Assembly: GCA_942490995.1 (NCBI GenBank)
Contig: CALOBG010000005.1
Span: 8,357 to 72,356, forward strand
Source of the DNA: an uncultured Gammaproteobacteria bacterium
Lineage (GTDB): Bacteria > Pseudomonadota > Gammaproteobacteria > Ga0077536
Direction of reading: 5' to 3'
Length of the DNA: 64,000 bases
Shown: one piece after another, positions 39,990-50,467 of the stretch
Layout of the letters: each line of letters opens with the position of its first letter
How positions within the stretch are numbered: position 1 is the first letter of the stretch
Position numbers and translations under genes: made by a program
The notes under the pieces: generated by a model
The model's input: the letters and a program-made list of their open reading frames with translations, nothing else
The model's database searches: none
Told to the model about the DNA's origin: nothing

Positions 39990-42475
39990 TTACAGGCGTA
40001 CGCGCAGTCCGACCCAGCCGGCGCGCGGCGCGCCGGCGCCGAGAAAAATCGAACTCTGGTTGTCCAGACCGGGCAGTACTTCGCCTGGTGATTCACCGAT
40101 GAGGCCGAAATTTTCGTAATCTTTGTCGAACAGATTGGTCACCCGCGCAAACATTTCCAGGCGCTCATTGAGACGGTAGCTACCGCGCAGGTTGACCAGC
40201 GCATAGCCGCCGATCGGCTTGAGCAGGTTGGCCTCGTCGCCGCGCAGATACTGGCCCGAGTTGACGTTCAGCTCGGGGCCTACGCGCAGCCCCCAGGGCA
40301 GACTGTCGTCATCGGTACTGAACTTGAACTGATGGTCCGGAATGCCCGGGATCCGATCGCCGCGTGCGACAGCCAGTTCGCCGTCGCCGTCTGCGAACGG
40401 GTGATTCGGACTCAAAACCATGAAGCTGTCCTCGAACGTGGCGCGGACGTAGCTGTAGGCGAGTGCCCAGTCGAGCGCATGCCAGCTCGCGGCAAACGCC
40501 GATTCGAAACCCTGCCGGCGCGTCCTGTCGACGTTGGCGAACAGGCCGGTGCCACGCCCGGTGGTCTGAAAAATAATGTCGTTGTTGCTGTCGGTGAGAA
40601 AGTAGCCCAGGCGGTGACGCAGCGGACCGATTCGCCACGCACACCGAACTCGACCGACTTCGCCACCACCTGGTCGAGCGGCGGGTCAGCGAGGAAAGCG
40701 TTCGGCAACCGACATTCGAAATCGATGTCGTCCGGGTCATCGCCGGCGGCGATGGCATTGGCGCGCGCGATGGAGAATACGCCCTCGTTACAGGCCAGTT
40801 CGATCGGGGTTGGCGCGCGCGAGGATTCGCTGTAATTGGCGTAGATATTCACGCTTTCGTGGGCGTCGAAAGTCGCCCCGACGGTCGGATTGAAACGCTG
40901 AAAGCGATGGTCTCCGTTCAGTTCCGGGCGCTGACCGGAACGATCCTGAAGTTTCACCGCGGTGGTGTTGTAGCGCCCGCCGAAGGTCAGCGTGAAGCGC
41001 TCAGTGACGTCGAGCGCATCCAGGAAATACAGGCTCCAGGTTGTCGTCGAGGTGATCTACCTGGTCGGTTTCCTCGTCGACGAAGGTGCCGACACCGAGG
41101 CCGGCGGTGCTGCGCGTTACGGGGTCGAGATTCGGCGAGTTCGGTGACTGAATCGAAACCGGAGCCTCGCCCCTGAAGTAGCCGCCGCCAAGAACGAAGT
41201 TATTGCCCCGCGCAAAGATGTCGCGGGTGAACGTGAACTGCAGATCGCCGCCGTAACTGCGCTGGTCCCGCGTTGAGTGGTTGTTGATCGCCTGGTCGGT
41301 GATCAGCCCGGTACCGGACAGCTCGTCGGTAAGGTCGTCGAGGTTGAACTCCGGCCCGCCGGCGGCGGCATTCAGGGCCGCCTCCAGGGCGTCGGGGTCG
41401 GCGACCGCCAGCGCGTTGTCCTCACAGATATCGTCATCGTCGAAGCCGAGCGCCTCGAGCTCGTCTTCCTCTATTTCATCGAGCAGGAACCGGCCCGCGC
41501 CGAGATCGCAGGCCAGAAACTCGGAACCGTCGCCGTTGAACGATTGTGTCTCGTTGTCGCGGTAAAATCCGTTCCCGGCGACGTTTACCTGGTCAGTGAA
41601 TGCGTGACGACCGTTGAACGTGACCAGGGCCAGTTCGTTTTCGGTAATGTCCGGAGCGGTAAAAATACCATCGCGATCGATTTCGAGCAGACCGCGCGGC
41701 GGCGGCGCCGTTACCGGTGAGGTCGCTGTCACCATACTGGCAGAAACTGAGATCCGCCTCGAGGGCGCTCACCGCGGTAACTCAGCCGCCGCAAACAGGT
41801 TCAGCGCATCGGCGCCGGACAGATCGCGCCAGCCGTCCTCCTCGAAGTAACTGGCATTGACGTAGTAACCGAAGCGACCATCGTTGGCGCCGCTTTCGAC
41901 GTGACTGCTGACGCGCGCCCAGGCGCCGCCCGCCGCTTCACCCTGGGTGGCGGTGAAGTTGAAGCCATTGTTCATCGTCACGGCCAGCGCGCCGCCGAGC
42001 GTATTCAGACCGAACAGGGGATTGCTGCCGCCGATCAGGGCGATGTCGTGGACCGCTGATTCCGGCACCAGATCCCAGTTGACCGCATCACCCAGGGGTT
42101 CATTGATGCGCACCCCGTTCTGATAGACGGCGATGCCCTGCGACAGCCCGAGCAGCGGCGAAGCGGCAAATCCCCGGTACTGGACGTCGGGCTGCAGCGG
42201 ATTGTTCTGCGCCGAGTTGATCGTCACGCTGCCGAGATGGGTGGCCAGGAAATCGGTCAGATCGGGGGCCTGCGCGCGCTCGAGGGCATCGCGTCGGCGG
42301 CCTGCACGTTGAACGGCAACTTGTCCGCGGCAAGCCCGCTGCCGCCGGCGGGGGTCGGGGCTACGACCAGGATTTCTTCATCGAAACCCGCGCCCTCGGC
42401 GGCAATCGACAGCGTCGGCGCCAGCACCGAAGCCAACAGGACTGCACGCAGCGCAAAACTCGCATTCAAGGTCAT
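39990..42475 (-). pseudogene. TonB-dependent outer-membrane receptor, fragmented by at least four frameshifts
   Basis: Signal peptide plus TonB box (EEILVV) at 42475. The plug domain and the 22-strand barrel fragments lie in different frames (42227-41769, 41735-41001, 40957-40412, 40421-39990). The C-terminus reads ...WVGLRVRL. Confidence 0.6.
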
Positions 42476-42616
42476 GGATACGGCACCGTTTCAATTGGGT
42501 TGGCGTTGGCCGACGCTGCACATCGCGAACGCCGGGCGCGGATTGTAACTGCGGGTGGTGCCGTAACGATTGGGAAAATCGCCGCCGTTGAGCAGGAGAA
42601 GTTCCTGCGTGAATGA

Positions 42617-43258
42617 TCAGGCCGAGACGATACCGTGGCGGATCGCCAGGCGCGCGAGTTCGGCGGCCGTGCTGACTTCGAGCTTGCTTCTGATCTGGGT
42701 CGAGTAATTGGCCACGGTTTTATAGCTCAACGATAGACGCGTCGAGATCTCGTTGACGTTCAGCCCTTCGGCAAGCAGGCAGAAAATTTCAAACTCACGC
42801 GTGGAAAGCGCTTCGAAAGGCGTATCCTCGCCCTTGGTTTTCTGCACCGCGAGACGCTGCGCGATGTCCGGGTCGATGTAGACGTTGCCGCCGGCAACCT
42901 GGCGCACGGCTTCCACCAGCACCACCGGAGCACTGCTTTTACCGACATAACCCCGCGCGCCGGCCTGCAGCGCCTGCTCCACGAAGATGGTGTCTTCGTG
43001 CATGCTGAAGACCAGGATGCGGGCACCACTCTGGCGCGTGACGATACGCCGGATGGCCTCGAGCCCGCCGATGCCGGGCAGGCTCAGGTCCATGATCACG
43101 ATGTCCGGTTGATGCTGAATATACTCGCGGCAGGCCTGCTCGCCGCCGTCGGCCTCGGCAACGACGCGCAAATCGCTCTGGTTTTCCAGCAAGGTTTTGA
43201 AACCCGCGCGCACCACGGCATGATCGTCCACCAGCAGAATAGTCGTCACCGCGGTCAT
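42617..43258 (-). CDS. NarL/FixJ-family (LuxR-type HTH) response regulator
   Basis: Receiver domain (LLVDDH..., phospho-acceptor D in IVIMDLSLPG) and a C-terminal LuxR HTH (LSTREFEIFCLLAEGLNVNEISTRLSLSYKTVANY). Confidence 0.85.
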   Translation of the reverse strand: MTAVTTILLVDDHAVVRAGFKTLLENQSDLRVVAEADGGEQACREYIQHQPDIVIMDLSLPGIGGLEAIRRIVTRQSGARILVFSMHEDTIFVEQALQAGARGYVGKSSAPVVLVEAVRQVAGGNVYIDPDIAQRLAVQKTKGEDTPFEALSTREFEIFCLLAEGLNVNEISTRLSLSYKTVANYSTQIRSKLEVSTAAELARLAIRHGIVSA

Positions 43259-44580
43259 GGTCGCTCATCCTTCGTGGCGCCATCGCTGAGCGGCACGCTG
43301 AGTTGTATTGTCACCCCGGCATCGGGCACACCGAGTACCGAAATTTCACCCTGCATGGCCTCGACGCGTTCATGAATGCCGCGTAAGCCCAGCCCGCGAA
43401 CGTGGCTGTCGGGATCGAAACCCTGACCATTATCCCGGATCAGTACGCTGAGGCGTGGCCGCGCCGGGCCGGCGTCGAGCAGTTCGAGTTCGACCCACGC
43501 TTCGCTGGCGCCGGCGTGGCGCGCGATATTGGTCAGGCCTTCCTGCACGATGCGATAGATGCCGATACGCATCTCGGCATCGAGTTCGCCGAGCACAGCA
43601 GCCGCCCCGCTCGGCCGCACGAAACGGCAGAAGCAGGTGCCGTGATGGGTATTCCAGTCGTCGACCATCGATTCCAGCGCCGCGACCAGCCCGAGTTCGT
43701 CGAGCGCGACCGGATGCAGGCGTCGCATCATCTGCCGCACGCGTGCATAAATCGACGACGACACGTCGACGATGGTCGCGGCGCGTTCGGCGATCACGCT
43801 GTCGGAGCGCTCGCCGATCGAAACCGCGAGCGCCTTGATCGCGGTGATCGATTGCCCCATATCGTCATGCAGCTCGTGGGCGAGATGGCGGCGTTCCTCC
43901 TCCTGGATTGCGAGCGAACGACGGGCCAGCGCGGCATTGTCGCGTTCGCTGCGCTGCAGCGCGGCGGACATGGCGTTGAAACGCTCGTTCAGACGATCGA
44001 TATCGCTGATCCCACTGACCGGCAAACGCGCCTCGTAGCGGCCGTGGCCGACGTCACCGAGGGCCGCGGACAGCGCCGCCAGCGGTCGCAGCATGCGTCC
44101 AATGGCGAGTACCAGCACCAGGGTCGCGGTGATGAACGCACCGAGCAGGATCGCCAGTGTCACCCGCACTTCGCGCCACGCTTCGGCGATCTCCGCGCTC
44201 GGGTCCGCGACGATACGGATCGGTCCGATACCGGAGTCCATGTTCAACGTGAGTTCCTCCGCGGGGGGTGCAACGAGATGGGAAAACCAGCGCGGCGCCG
44301 CGCCCGCAGGCGCCGGTGGCGGGTACTCAGCGGATGAAATCCGCAGGTGGCGCAGGGGCGGAAGCCGCTCCAGGCGCTGCACCAGTTGCTCCACCCCGCC
44401 GCCATCGCCACTGCCATGGTCATTCAGGCCGGTGAGCAGGATCTCGGCAATCTGGGTGCTGGCGCGCAGTTCGTCAACGACCGCGCGCCTGGCATTGCCC
44501 AGCAGGTAGATGACCGCCGTGGTCAGCGCGAACAGAAAAATTATCGTCAGCAGGAGGTTCAAGCGCAGCCTGAGTCCCAT
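43255..44580 (-). CDS. Sensor histidine kinase: periplasmic sensor, HAMP, HisKA_3, HATPase (NarX/UhpB-like)
   Basis: Two TM helices flank a periplasmic domain of about 120 aa. H-box HELHDDMGQSITAIK, and N, G1 and G2 boxes (NIARHAG.., RDNGQGF, GLGLRG). Its 3' end overlaps the response-regulator start. Confidence 0.8.
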   Translation of the reverse strand: MGLRLRLNLLLTIIFLFALTTAVIYLLGNARRAVVDELRASTQIAEILLTGLNDHGSGDGGGVEQLVQRLERLPPLRHLRISSAEYPPPAPAGAAPRWFSHLVAPPAEELTLNMDSGIGPIRIVADPSAEIAEAWREVRVTLAILLGAFITATLVLVLAIGRMLRPLAALSAALGDVGHGRYEARLPVSGISDIDRLNERFNAMSAALQRSERDNAALARRSLAIQEEERRHLAHELHDDMGQSITAIKALAVSIGERSDSVIAERAATIVDVSSSIYARVRQMMRRLHPVALDELGLVAALESMVDDWNTHHGTCFCRFVRPSGAAAVLGELDAEMRIGIYRIVQEGLTNIARHAGASEAWVELELLDAGPARPRLSVLIRDNGQGFDPDSHVRGLGLRGIHERVEAMQGEISVLGVPDAGVTIQLSVPLSDGATKDERP

Positions 44581-44627
44581 CGTCGATCTCCGCTGCGGGA
44601 CTGTCGGGCGGCGGCTTGAAGTATCGC

Positions 44628-44933
<306 letters not shown>

Positions 44934-45130
44934 CTCTCGCTCCTTCGACTCGTCGCAATGCGCCAGCCATGCTGGCCTGCGCCATTATACCCTGCGTGTC
45001 GCAGCGTCACGGGTCGATCCCCGCGTATCGAACGAGTCAGCGCGCGGCTGAACTTTTATTGGCAAACTGCCATGCTTGGCGAGGCCCACATCGGCGCCGG
45101 TCCACGGCCATGCCTGCAGCAGGAACGAAT

Positions 45131-46465
45131 ATGAACCAACAACAGGACCCGGACATGCACATCGTCATCGTCGGCGGCGGCGCCGGCGGCCTCGAACTGG
45201 CCGCCAAACTCGGACGCCGCTACCGACGCGATGACGCCGTCAGGATCACCCTCGTCGACCGCGTGCAGTCACACCTGTGGAAACCGCTGCTGCACGAAGT
45301 CGCCGCCGGCTCGCTGAACTCCTTTGACGACGAGATCAGCTATCTGGCCCAGGCCTACCTTAATCACTTCAGCTTTCGCCTGGGTGCGCTCAAGGCACTT
45401 GACCGCGCGAACCGTACGATCACCCTCGCAGCCAGCCTCGACCCGCACGGCGAGCCCTATATTCCGGAACGCACCCTGAGCTACGACCTGCTGGTGATCG
45501 CAGTCGGCAGCGTAACCAATGATTTCGACATTCCCGGCGTCGCCGAGCACTGCTTTTTCCTGGACAGTCGCGAGCAGGCGGATGCGTTCCATCAGCACCT
45601 GCTGCGTAGCTGTTACGCCGCCGACGCGCGCAACGGACCGAGCAGTGCCGCACAATTGCACATCGCGATCGCCGGCGCCGGCGCGACCGGCGTCGAACTG
45701 GCCGCGGAACTGCACCACTCGATGCGTGAACTGGTTGGCTTCGGCCTCGATAACATCGACATCGAACAAGACCTGCGTATCCATCTGATCGAGGCTTCCG
45801 CGCGGGTTCTGCCCGGACTGCCGCAGCGGGTCTCCGACTCGACCAGCGTGCTGCTGGCGGACATGGGTATCGTCGTCCACACCGGCGCCAGCATCGCACG
45901 CGCCGACGCCGACGGTTTCGAAACTGCCGATGGGCAGACCATTGCCGCCGGGATCAGGGTGTGGGCCGCCGGCATCAAAGGCCCTGCCCTGCTCGACAAT
46001 CTCGACGGTCTGCAGTGCAACCGGGCGCGACAACTGCTGGTGCGTCCGACCCTGCAGTGTGTCGATGACGATCAGATTTTTGCTCTCGGCGACTGCGCCG
46101 CCTGCCCGCTGCCGGACAGCGAACGCAACGTGCCGCCGCGCGCCCAGGCCGCCCACCAACAGGCCATGCACGTCGTCGATGCGGTCGCGCGGCTGCGCGC
46201 CGGCAAACCGCTGAAACCGTATCGCTACAAGGATTTCGGTTCGCTGATCAACCTGTCACGGCACTCCGCGATCGGCACCCTGATGGGTAACCTGCTCGGC
46301 CGACATCAGACCAATGTGCCGCTCGAAGGACGGCTGGCGCGCTGGGCCTATCTGTCGCTGTACAAAATGCATCAGGTCGCCGTCAACGGCGTACTCAGAA
46401 CCACCCTGACCAGCATCGCTGATGTGCTGACGCGGGCCAGCAAACCGCGCCTCAAGCTGCACTAA
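45131..46465 (+). CDS. ndh: Type II NADH:quinone oxidoreductase (NDH-2)
   Basis: Two GxGxxG dinucleotide folds (IVIVGGGAGGLE, IAIAGAGATGVE) and a C-terminal membrane-anchoring amphipathic region. Confidence 0.8.
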   Translation: MNQQQDPDMHIVIVGGGAGGLELAAKLGRRYRRDDAVRITLVDRVQSHLWKPLLHEVAAGSLNSFDDEISYLAQAYLNHFSFRLGALKALDRANRTITLAASLDPHGEPYIPERTLSYDLLVIAVGSVTNDFDIPGVAEHCFFLDSREQADAFHQHLLRSCYAADARNGPSSAAQLHIAIAGAGATGVELAAELHHSMRELVGFGLDNIDIEQDLRIHLIEASARVLPGLPQRVSDSTSVLLADMGIVVHTGASIARADADGFETADGQTIAAGIRVWAAGIKGPALLDNLDGLQCNRARQLLVRPTLQCVDDDQIFALGDCAACPLPDSERNVPPRAQAAHQQAMHVVDAVARLRAGKPLKPYRYKDFGSLINLSRHSAIGTLMGNLLGRHQTNVPLEGRLARWAYLSLYKMHQVAVNGVLRTTLTSIADVLTRASKPRLKLH

Positions 46466-47850
46466 TCTTCATACTTGCGCAGGCGGTAGCGCATCGCCAT
46501 GCGCGTGATGCCGAGCCTGCGCGCGGCCTCGGAAACATTCCCGCCGGTGTTTTCCATCGCACGTTCGATCATGAGTTTTTCCACTGCCTCGAGGCTTAGA
46601 GCGTCGAGCGCGGCCAGGCCGTCGCCGCTGGCGGTCGGCGTTGTCTCCGGTACCGGTAATGACAATTGCGGTGCGTCGATCGCGCCATGGTCGGACAACA
46701 GTACCGCGCGCTCGATCACGTGACTGAGTTCGCGCACGTTGCCCGGCCAGGGATAAGCACGCAGTCGGGCCTGAGCCGCGGCGCTCAGCCTGACTTCGGC
46801 GAGCCCGTAGCGGCGCGCGACGTCGGCGGCGAAATGTTCGGCCAGGGCGATGACATCGTCCGCCCGTTCACGCAGCGGTGGTAGTGCCAGGCTGAGGACG
46901 TTGAGTCGGAAGTACAGGTCAGCGCGCAGCGTGCCGGCCTCGACCATGGCTTCCACCGCTCGGTTCGTCGCCGCGATAAACCATGCCCGGGTAGACCGTT
47001 CGTGGCTGCTGCCGATCCGACGCAGCATGCGCCGCTCCAGCACCGCCAGCAGTTTGGCCTGCAGGTCGAGCGGGATCTCGCCGATTTCATCGAGAAATAC
47101 CACGCCGTCTTCGGCCGCCTCGATGAGGCCCGTGCGCTCATTGACGGCATGGGTGAACGCACCCTTGACGTGCCCGAACAGCTCGGCCTCGATCAGATCT
47201 TTGGGTAGCGCGGCGCAGTCGACATGGACAAAGGGACGCGTGGCGCGCGCCGAACTCGAATGCAGCAGCCGCGCGGCGACGTCCTTGCCGGCGCCGGTCT
47301 CACCGGTGATCAGCACCGTTGGCGCGACGCCCTCGGCGCTGACCAGCCCCGCGATGCGCAGGATCTGCTCACGCACCTCGACGAGCTTCGTCGACTCGCC
47401 GATCAGTGTCGAGTGGGCCGCGCGACTGCTCTCGCGCGTCTGCGAGTAGGCCAGGCGCTGGCTGAGCGCACCGGCGCGGATCACCTTCTCGACGTTGAGC
47501 AACAGCTCGTCCAGATCCAGCGGCTTTTTCAGATAGTCGGAAGCGGCGTGTTTCATCGCCGTTACTGCGTCGTCGACCTCGCCATAGGCGGTCATCACGA
47601 TCACGGGAATGTCACTGCGCTCGCGCAGCGCCTTGAGAAAATCCAGGCCCGAGCCGTCCGGCAGGCGCATATCGAGTAACACCAGATCGAATGCCGCGGC
47701 CTGCATCGCGCTGCGTGCCGCGGCCAGGGTCTGCGCATGTTCACAGCGGTAGCCGGCGCGTTCGAGACGCCGCAACACGGCTTTTCCGAACAGCGCTTCG
47801 TCGTCGACGACCAGGATCGCAGCGTGCGCCGCGCTGACTTCACTCGACAT
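46462..47850 (-). CDS. Sigma-54-dependent response regulator (NtrC family bacterial enhancer-binding protein)
   Basis: Receiver (VVDDE...D in LLDMRLPDGSG), AAA+ with GAFTGA-type loop (GHVKGAFTHA), Walker A GETGAGKD and a C-terminal Fis-type HTH. The start may be at 47904. Confidence 0.85.
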   Translation of the reverse strand: MSSEVSAAHAAILVVDDEALFGKAVLRRLERAGYRCEHAQTLAAARSAMQAAAFDLVLLDMRLPDGSGLDFLKALRERSDIPVIVMTAYGEVDDAVTAMKHAASDYLKKPLDLDELLLNVEKVIRAGALSQRLAYSQTRESSRAAHSTLIGESTKLVEVREQILRIAGLVSAEGVAPTVLITGETGAGKDVAARLLHSSSARATRPFVHVDCAALPKDLIEAELFGHVKGAFTHAVNERTGLIEAAEDGVVFLDEIGEIPLDLQAKLLAVLERRMLRRIGSSHERSTRAWFIAATNRAVEAMVEAGTLRADLYFRLNVLSLALPPLRERADDVIALAEHFAADVARRYGLAEVRLSAAAQARLRAYPWPGNVRELSHVIERAVLLSDHGAIDAPQLSLPVPETTPTASGDGLAALDALSLEAVEKLMIERAMENTGGNVSEAARRLGITRMAMRYRLRKYED

Positions 47851-47863
47851 CGCGGCTATTTCG

Positions 47864-49339
47864 TCACTCAGGCTCACTGCGTGTATTTCCTTGCCTCGCG
47901 ACACTGATGATCACCGTGGTGCCGTGTCCGGGCTTGATATTGAATTCCAGGCGGTAACCCAGCACCCCGCAGATTTTATAGGCAATCGGGATCCCGAGCC
48001 CGGTGCCGAAACGTTTTGTGGTCGGGCCCGGTGCAAGTTCTGACGGTTCGGGCTGGAACGGGATCCCGCCGCCGGCGTCGCTGATCGACAGGCGCACGCT
48101 ACGGCTGTCGCGCGCTACGGCCACCACCACCTCGGCGCCGCGCGGCGAGGCTTCTACCGCATTGTTGAGCAATCCGTACAGGGCCTGCTCGAGGAGATCC
48201 GGATCGGTGTCGATCATCGCTTCGCGATCCCATTCGCCGCGCCGCACGCTCACGCCATGGCTGGCGTCGCGGGCCGCCAGCAGCTCTAGCGCGGCGTCAA
48301 ACGATGCCACTGCCGGCAATGTCTGGCGGCGCGGCGCCAGGGGGTGCAGGTACGAAACCAGCGCCGTGACCCAACGACCGAGACGGTCCACCGTATCCAG
48401 GATCGCCTGCCGGATCTCGCCGAGCTCGGCCGCGTTTTCGCTGCCGTCGAGCAACTGTGCGTTGGCGCGAATAGCGGCCAGCGGGTTGCGGATGTTGTGC
48501 GCCACCACCGGCACCAGCGCACCGAGCGCCGCCTGGCGTTCGTTGCGCTTGATCAGCTCACGATTGTCCTCCAGCTCCACCGCCATGCGGTTGATGCCGC
48601 GCGCCAGTTCTTCCACCTCGGCGACCCCGGCTTCCGGCAGACTATGCTGGAAATCGCCGCTGCTGATGGTGCGCGTGCCGGCCATGATCGCCTGCATGGG
48701 CGTGACGAAACCACGGGTCAGGCTGCGGCGCGACGCGCACAGCAGGACCACGCCGAGCAGGATCAGGGCGCCGAGTCCGTACGGGGCGAGTTCGCGCCAT
48801 CGCCGGATCACGCGCTCCTGTTCGGCGAGCTGCAGATCGATGAGCCCGAGCAGAGAATCGAAGGCACGTTCGAAATCCGCCACGAAATTGCGCTCGAAGC
48901 CCGGGTCAAGCAACCTGGCACGAACCAGGCGGTTGAGAGCAAAGGTATCCGACAGGGTTTCACGCAGATCCGCCTGCAGCAGGCTGAACGCGGTCTGCAG
49001 TCCCTGCACGGCATAGTCTTCGCTGCGGTGCGCGGACTTGCGCCGCAGTTCGTTGAACAACTCCTGCATGGTGCGTACGTAGCCGGAGTTCAATTCGCGC
49101 ACCTGGGGGTCGCTGCGCAGGCCGGCCACAGAAACTTCCTGGATCTGCTTGAACAGCAGAGAGCGGATCTCCTCGGCGGTATGCGACAGGTAGTTCAGAC
49201 GGATCGAGGCTTCCGACCATTGCTGCCAGACATAGGCCCAGCTGGCACCCAGTGCGCCGCTGAGGATAACCAGCAGCACGAACGCAATTTCGTGGGTCAA
49301 CAGCAGGCGCCTGAGTGACGGCGAGCGATTCAGCGGCAT
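47864..49339 (-). CDS. Sensor histidine kinase (NtrB/AtoS-like, HisKA + HATPase)
   Basis: Two TM helices with a periplasmic domain, a HAMP-like linker, an H-box (VAHNIRNPLAAI) and an ATP-binding domain (G-boxes GTGLGI). Confidence 0.8.
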   Translation of the reverse strand: MPLNRSPSLRRLLLTHEIAFVLLVILSGALGASWAYVWQQWSEASIRLNYLSHTAEEIRSLLFKQIQEVSVAGLRSDPQVRELNSGYVRTMQELFNELRRKSAHRSEDYAVQGLQTAFSLLQADLRETLSDTFALNRLVRARLLDPGFERNFVADFERAFDSLLGLIDLQLAEQERVIRRWRELAPYGLGALILLGVVLLCASRRSLTRGFVTPMQAIMAGTRTISSGDFQHSLPEAGVAEVEELARGINRMAVELEDNRELIKRNERQAALGALVPVVAHNIRNPLAAIRANAQLLDGSENAAELGEIRQAILDTVDRLGRWVTALVSYLHPLAPRRQTLPAVASFDAALELLAARDASHGVSVRRGEWDREAMIDTDPDLLEQALYGLLNNAVEASPRGAEVVVAVARDSRSVRLSISDAGGGIPFQPEPSELAPGPTTKRFGTGLGIPIAYKICGVLGYRLEFNIKPGHGTTVIISVARQGNTRSEPE

Positions 49340-49394
49340 GCGCAGATTATACGGCGCGACAGCGACCACCGGGCCCGCTGAAATTGCGTCCTGC

Positions 49395-49430
49395 GGTTGT
49401 CAGCAACCGGCTTCGTGGTTGCCTGCAACC
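49395..49430 (+). promoter_or_regulatory. Two GGTTG-N4-CAACC dyads 22 bp apart; a candidate enhancer-binding-protein upstream activating site
   Basis: GGTTGtcagCAACC (49395-408) and GGTTGcctgCAACC (49417-430). They lie about 110-145 bp upstream of the sigma-54-like -24/-12 element, in the divergent intergenic region between the NtrB-like kinase gene and pqqA2. Confidence 0.4.
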
Positions 49431-49538
49431 AGTTTCACCATGACTGGGGACAACGGAGCGCTACATCGGACCGCCTGAAAATATGATATTTTTTATCAAT
49501 CAATAGCTTAAATTAATTTTCGGCACCAATCGCGACGC

Positions 49539-49554
49539 TGGCATAAATCCCGCA
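49539..49554 (+). promoter_or_regulatory. Candidate sigma-54 (-24/-12) promoter for pqqA2
   Basis: TGGCATAaatcCCGCA matches TGGCACG-N4-TTGCA at the GG and GC positions with correct spacing. It lies about 43 nt upstream of the pqqA2 ATG. An AT-rich tract is just upstream. Confidence 0.4.
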
Positions 49555-49596
49555 TCACAGATTGGTACACAAAACCTTTACTGGAAGGAAATCACC

Positions 49597-49671
49597 ATGG
49601 CCTGGCAGACACCCGCATACCAAGACGTTCGTTTCGGCTTTGAAATCACGATGTACATCAACAATCGTTAA
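49597..49671 (+). CDS. pqqA: Coenzyme PQQ precursor peptide PqqA (copy 2, orphan)
   Basis: The 24 aa peptide MAWQTPAYQDVRFGFEITMYINNR has 20 of 24 residues identical to copy 1 and conserves the Glu/Tyr pair. A ribosome-binding site (GGAAGGA) lies upstream. Confidence 0.8.
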   Translation: MAWQTPAYQDVRFGFEITMYINNR

Positions 49672-49687
49672 GCCGCAGCAGAACCGG

Positions 49688-49716
49688 AAAAAAAGGGGCT
49701 TCGGCTCCTTTTTTTT
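49688..49716. terminator. Bidirectional rho-independent terminator (A7, GGGGC-UUCG-GCUCC, T8) serving pqqA2 and the convergent cybB
   Basis: A 5 bp GC-rich stem with a UUCG tetraloop, flanked by A- and T-runs, sits between two convergent genes. Confidence 0.55.
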
Positions 49717-49728
49717 GTCTGGCGCCAC

Positions 49729-50262
49729 CTACCACGGCCACATGCGGCGAATGATGTGACCCTGACCGTTGAGCAGATGCGAAGCCGCGCCGAGCAGGTG
49801 AAACGCGATCAGCAGGACCAGGGCCAGCGACCCGATCACATGGATTTCGGTGAACAATTCGTTGAGCGGCGCATCGCGCCAGCCCCAGTGCGGCAGCGGC
49901 ACACCGAACAGGCTGGTGCGGTAACCGCTGAAGCTTGACGACAGGTAGCCGCTGAGCGGTTGCACGATCAGCACCGCATAAAACGCCAGGTGCACGAGCT
50001 GCGCCATCCAGCGCTGCCAGCGCGGCAGTTCGTCGGGCAGCGGCGGTGGCCGGTGCCCGACCCGCCACGCGATGCGCAGGCAAATGAGGGCAAATACGCT
50101 CAGGCCGATCGATTTGTGCAGCGCAAAATATTCGCCGCGATCGGGACCCTTGGGCAAATCGACCATGTACCAACCGATACCGATCAGGGTAAAGACCAGC
50201 ACCGCGGTCAGCCAATGCAGCGCCATCGCGGTTGTGGAATAGTGCTCGGTAGGTTCAGCCAT
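49729..50262 (-). CDS. Cytochrome b561 family protein (CybB-like dihaem membrane cytochrome)
   Basis: Four TM helices with conserved His pairs (ALHWL..., ..HKSIG.., ..HLAFY.., ..HLLGAASH). Confidence 0.7.
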   Translation of the reverse strand: MAEPTEHYSTTAMALHWLTAVLVFTLIGIGWYMVDLPKGPDRGEYFALHKSIGLSVFALICLRIAWRVGHRPPPLPDELPRWQRWMAQLVHLAFYAVLIVQPLSGYLSSSFSGYRTSLFGVPLPHWGWRDAPLNELFTEIHVIGSLALVLLIAFHLLGAASHLLNGQGHIIRRMWPW

Positions 50263-50467
50263 GGTCGATCATCAGGCCCTTAGCGATCAGGCAGCAGGTC
50301 GTAAAGCAGCGCGGGATTTTAGCCTATTCACGAGTACGGTCCCGCCTCGTCATTGCGGATCAGCACGAACGATAGCACGCAGGCTACTAAATCTATTAGA
50401 ATTCGTTCGGCGCACCAGCGGATAAGCTGCCTTGCAAAACGTTCGCGCGATATACGCATCACTGGCA

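Noticed and set aside
39990-40000. An intact C-terminus for the TonB-dependent receptor ending in the usual aromatic residue
   Set aside because: The terminal residue here is Leu (…WVGLRVRL). This is noted as mild further evidence of degeneration and was not used as a feature.
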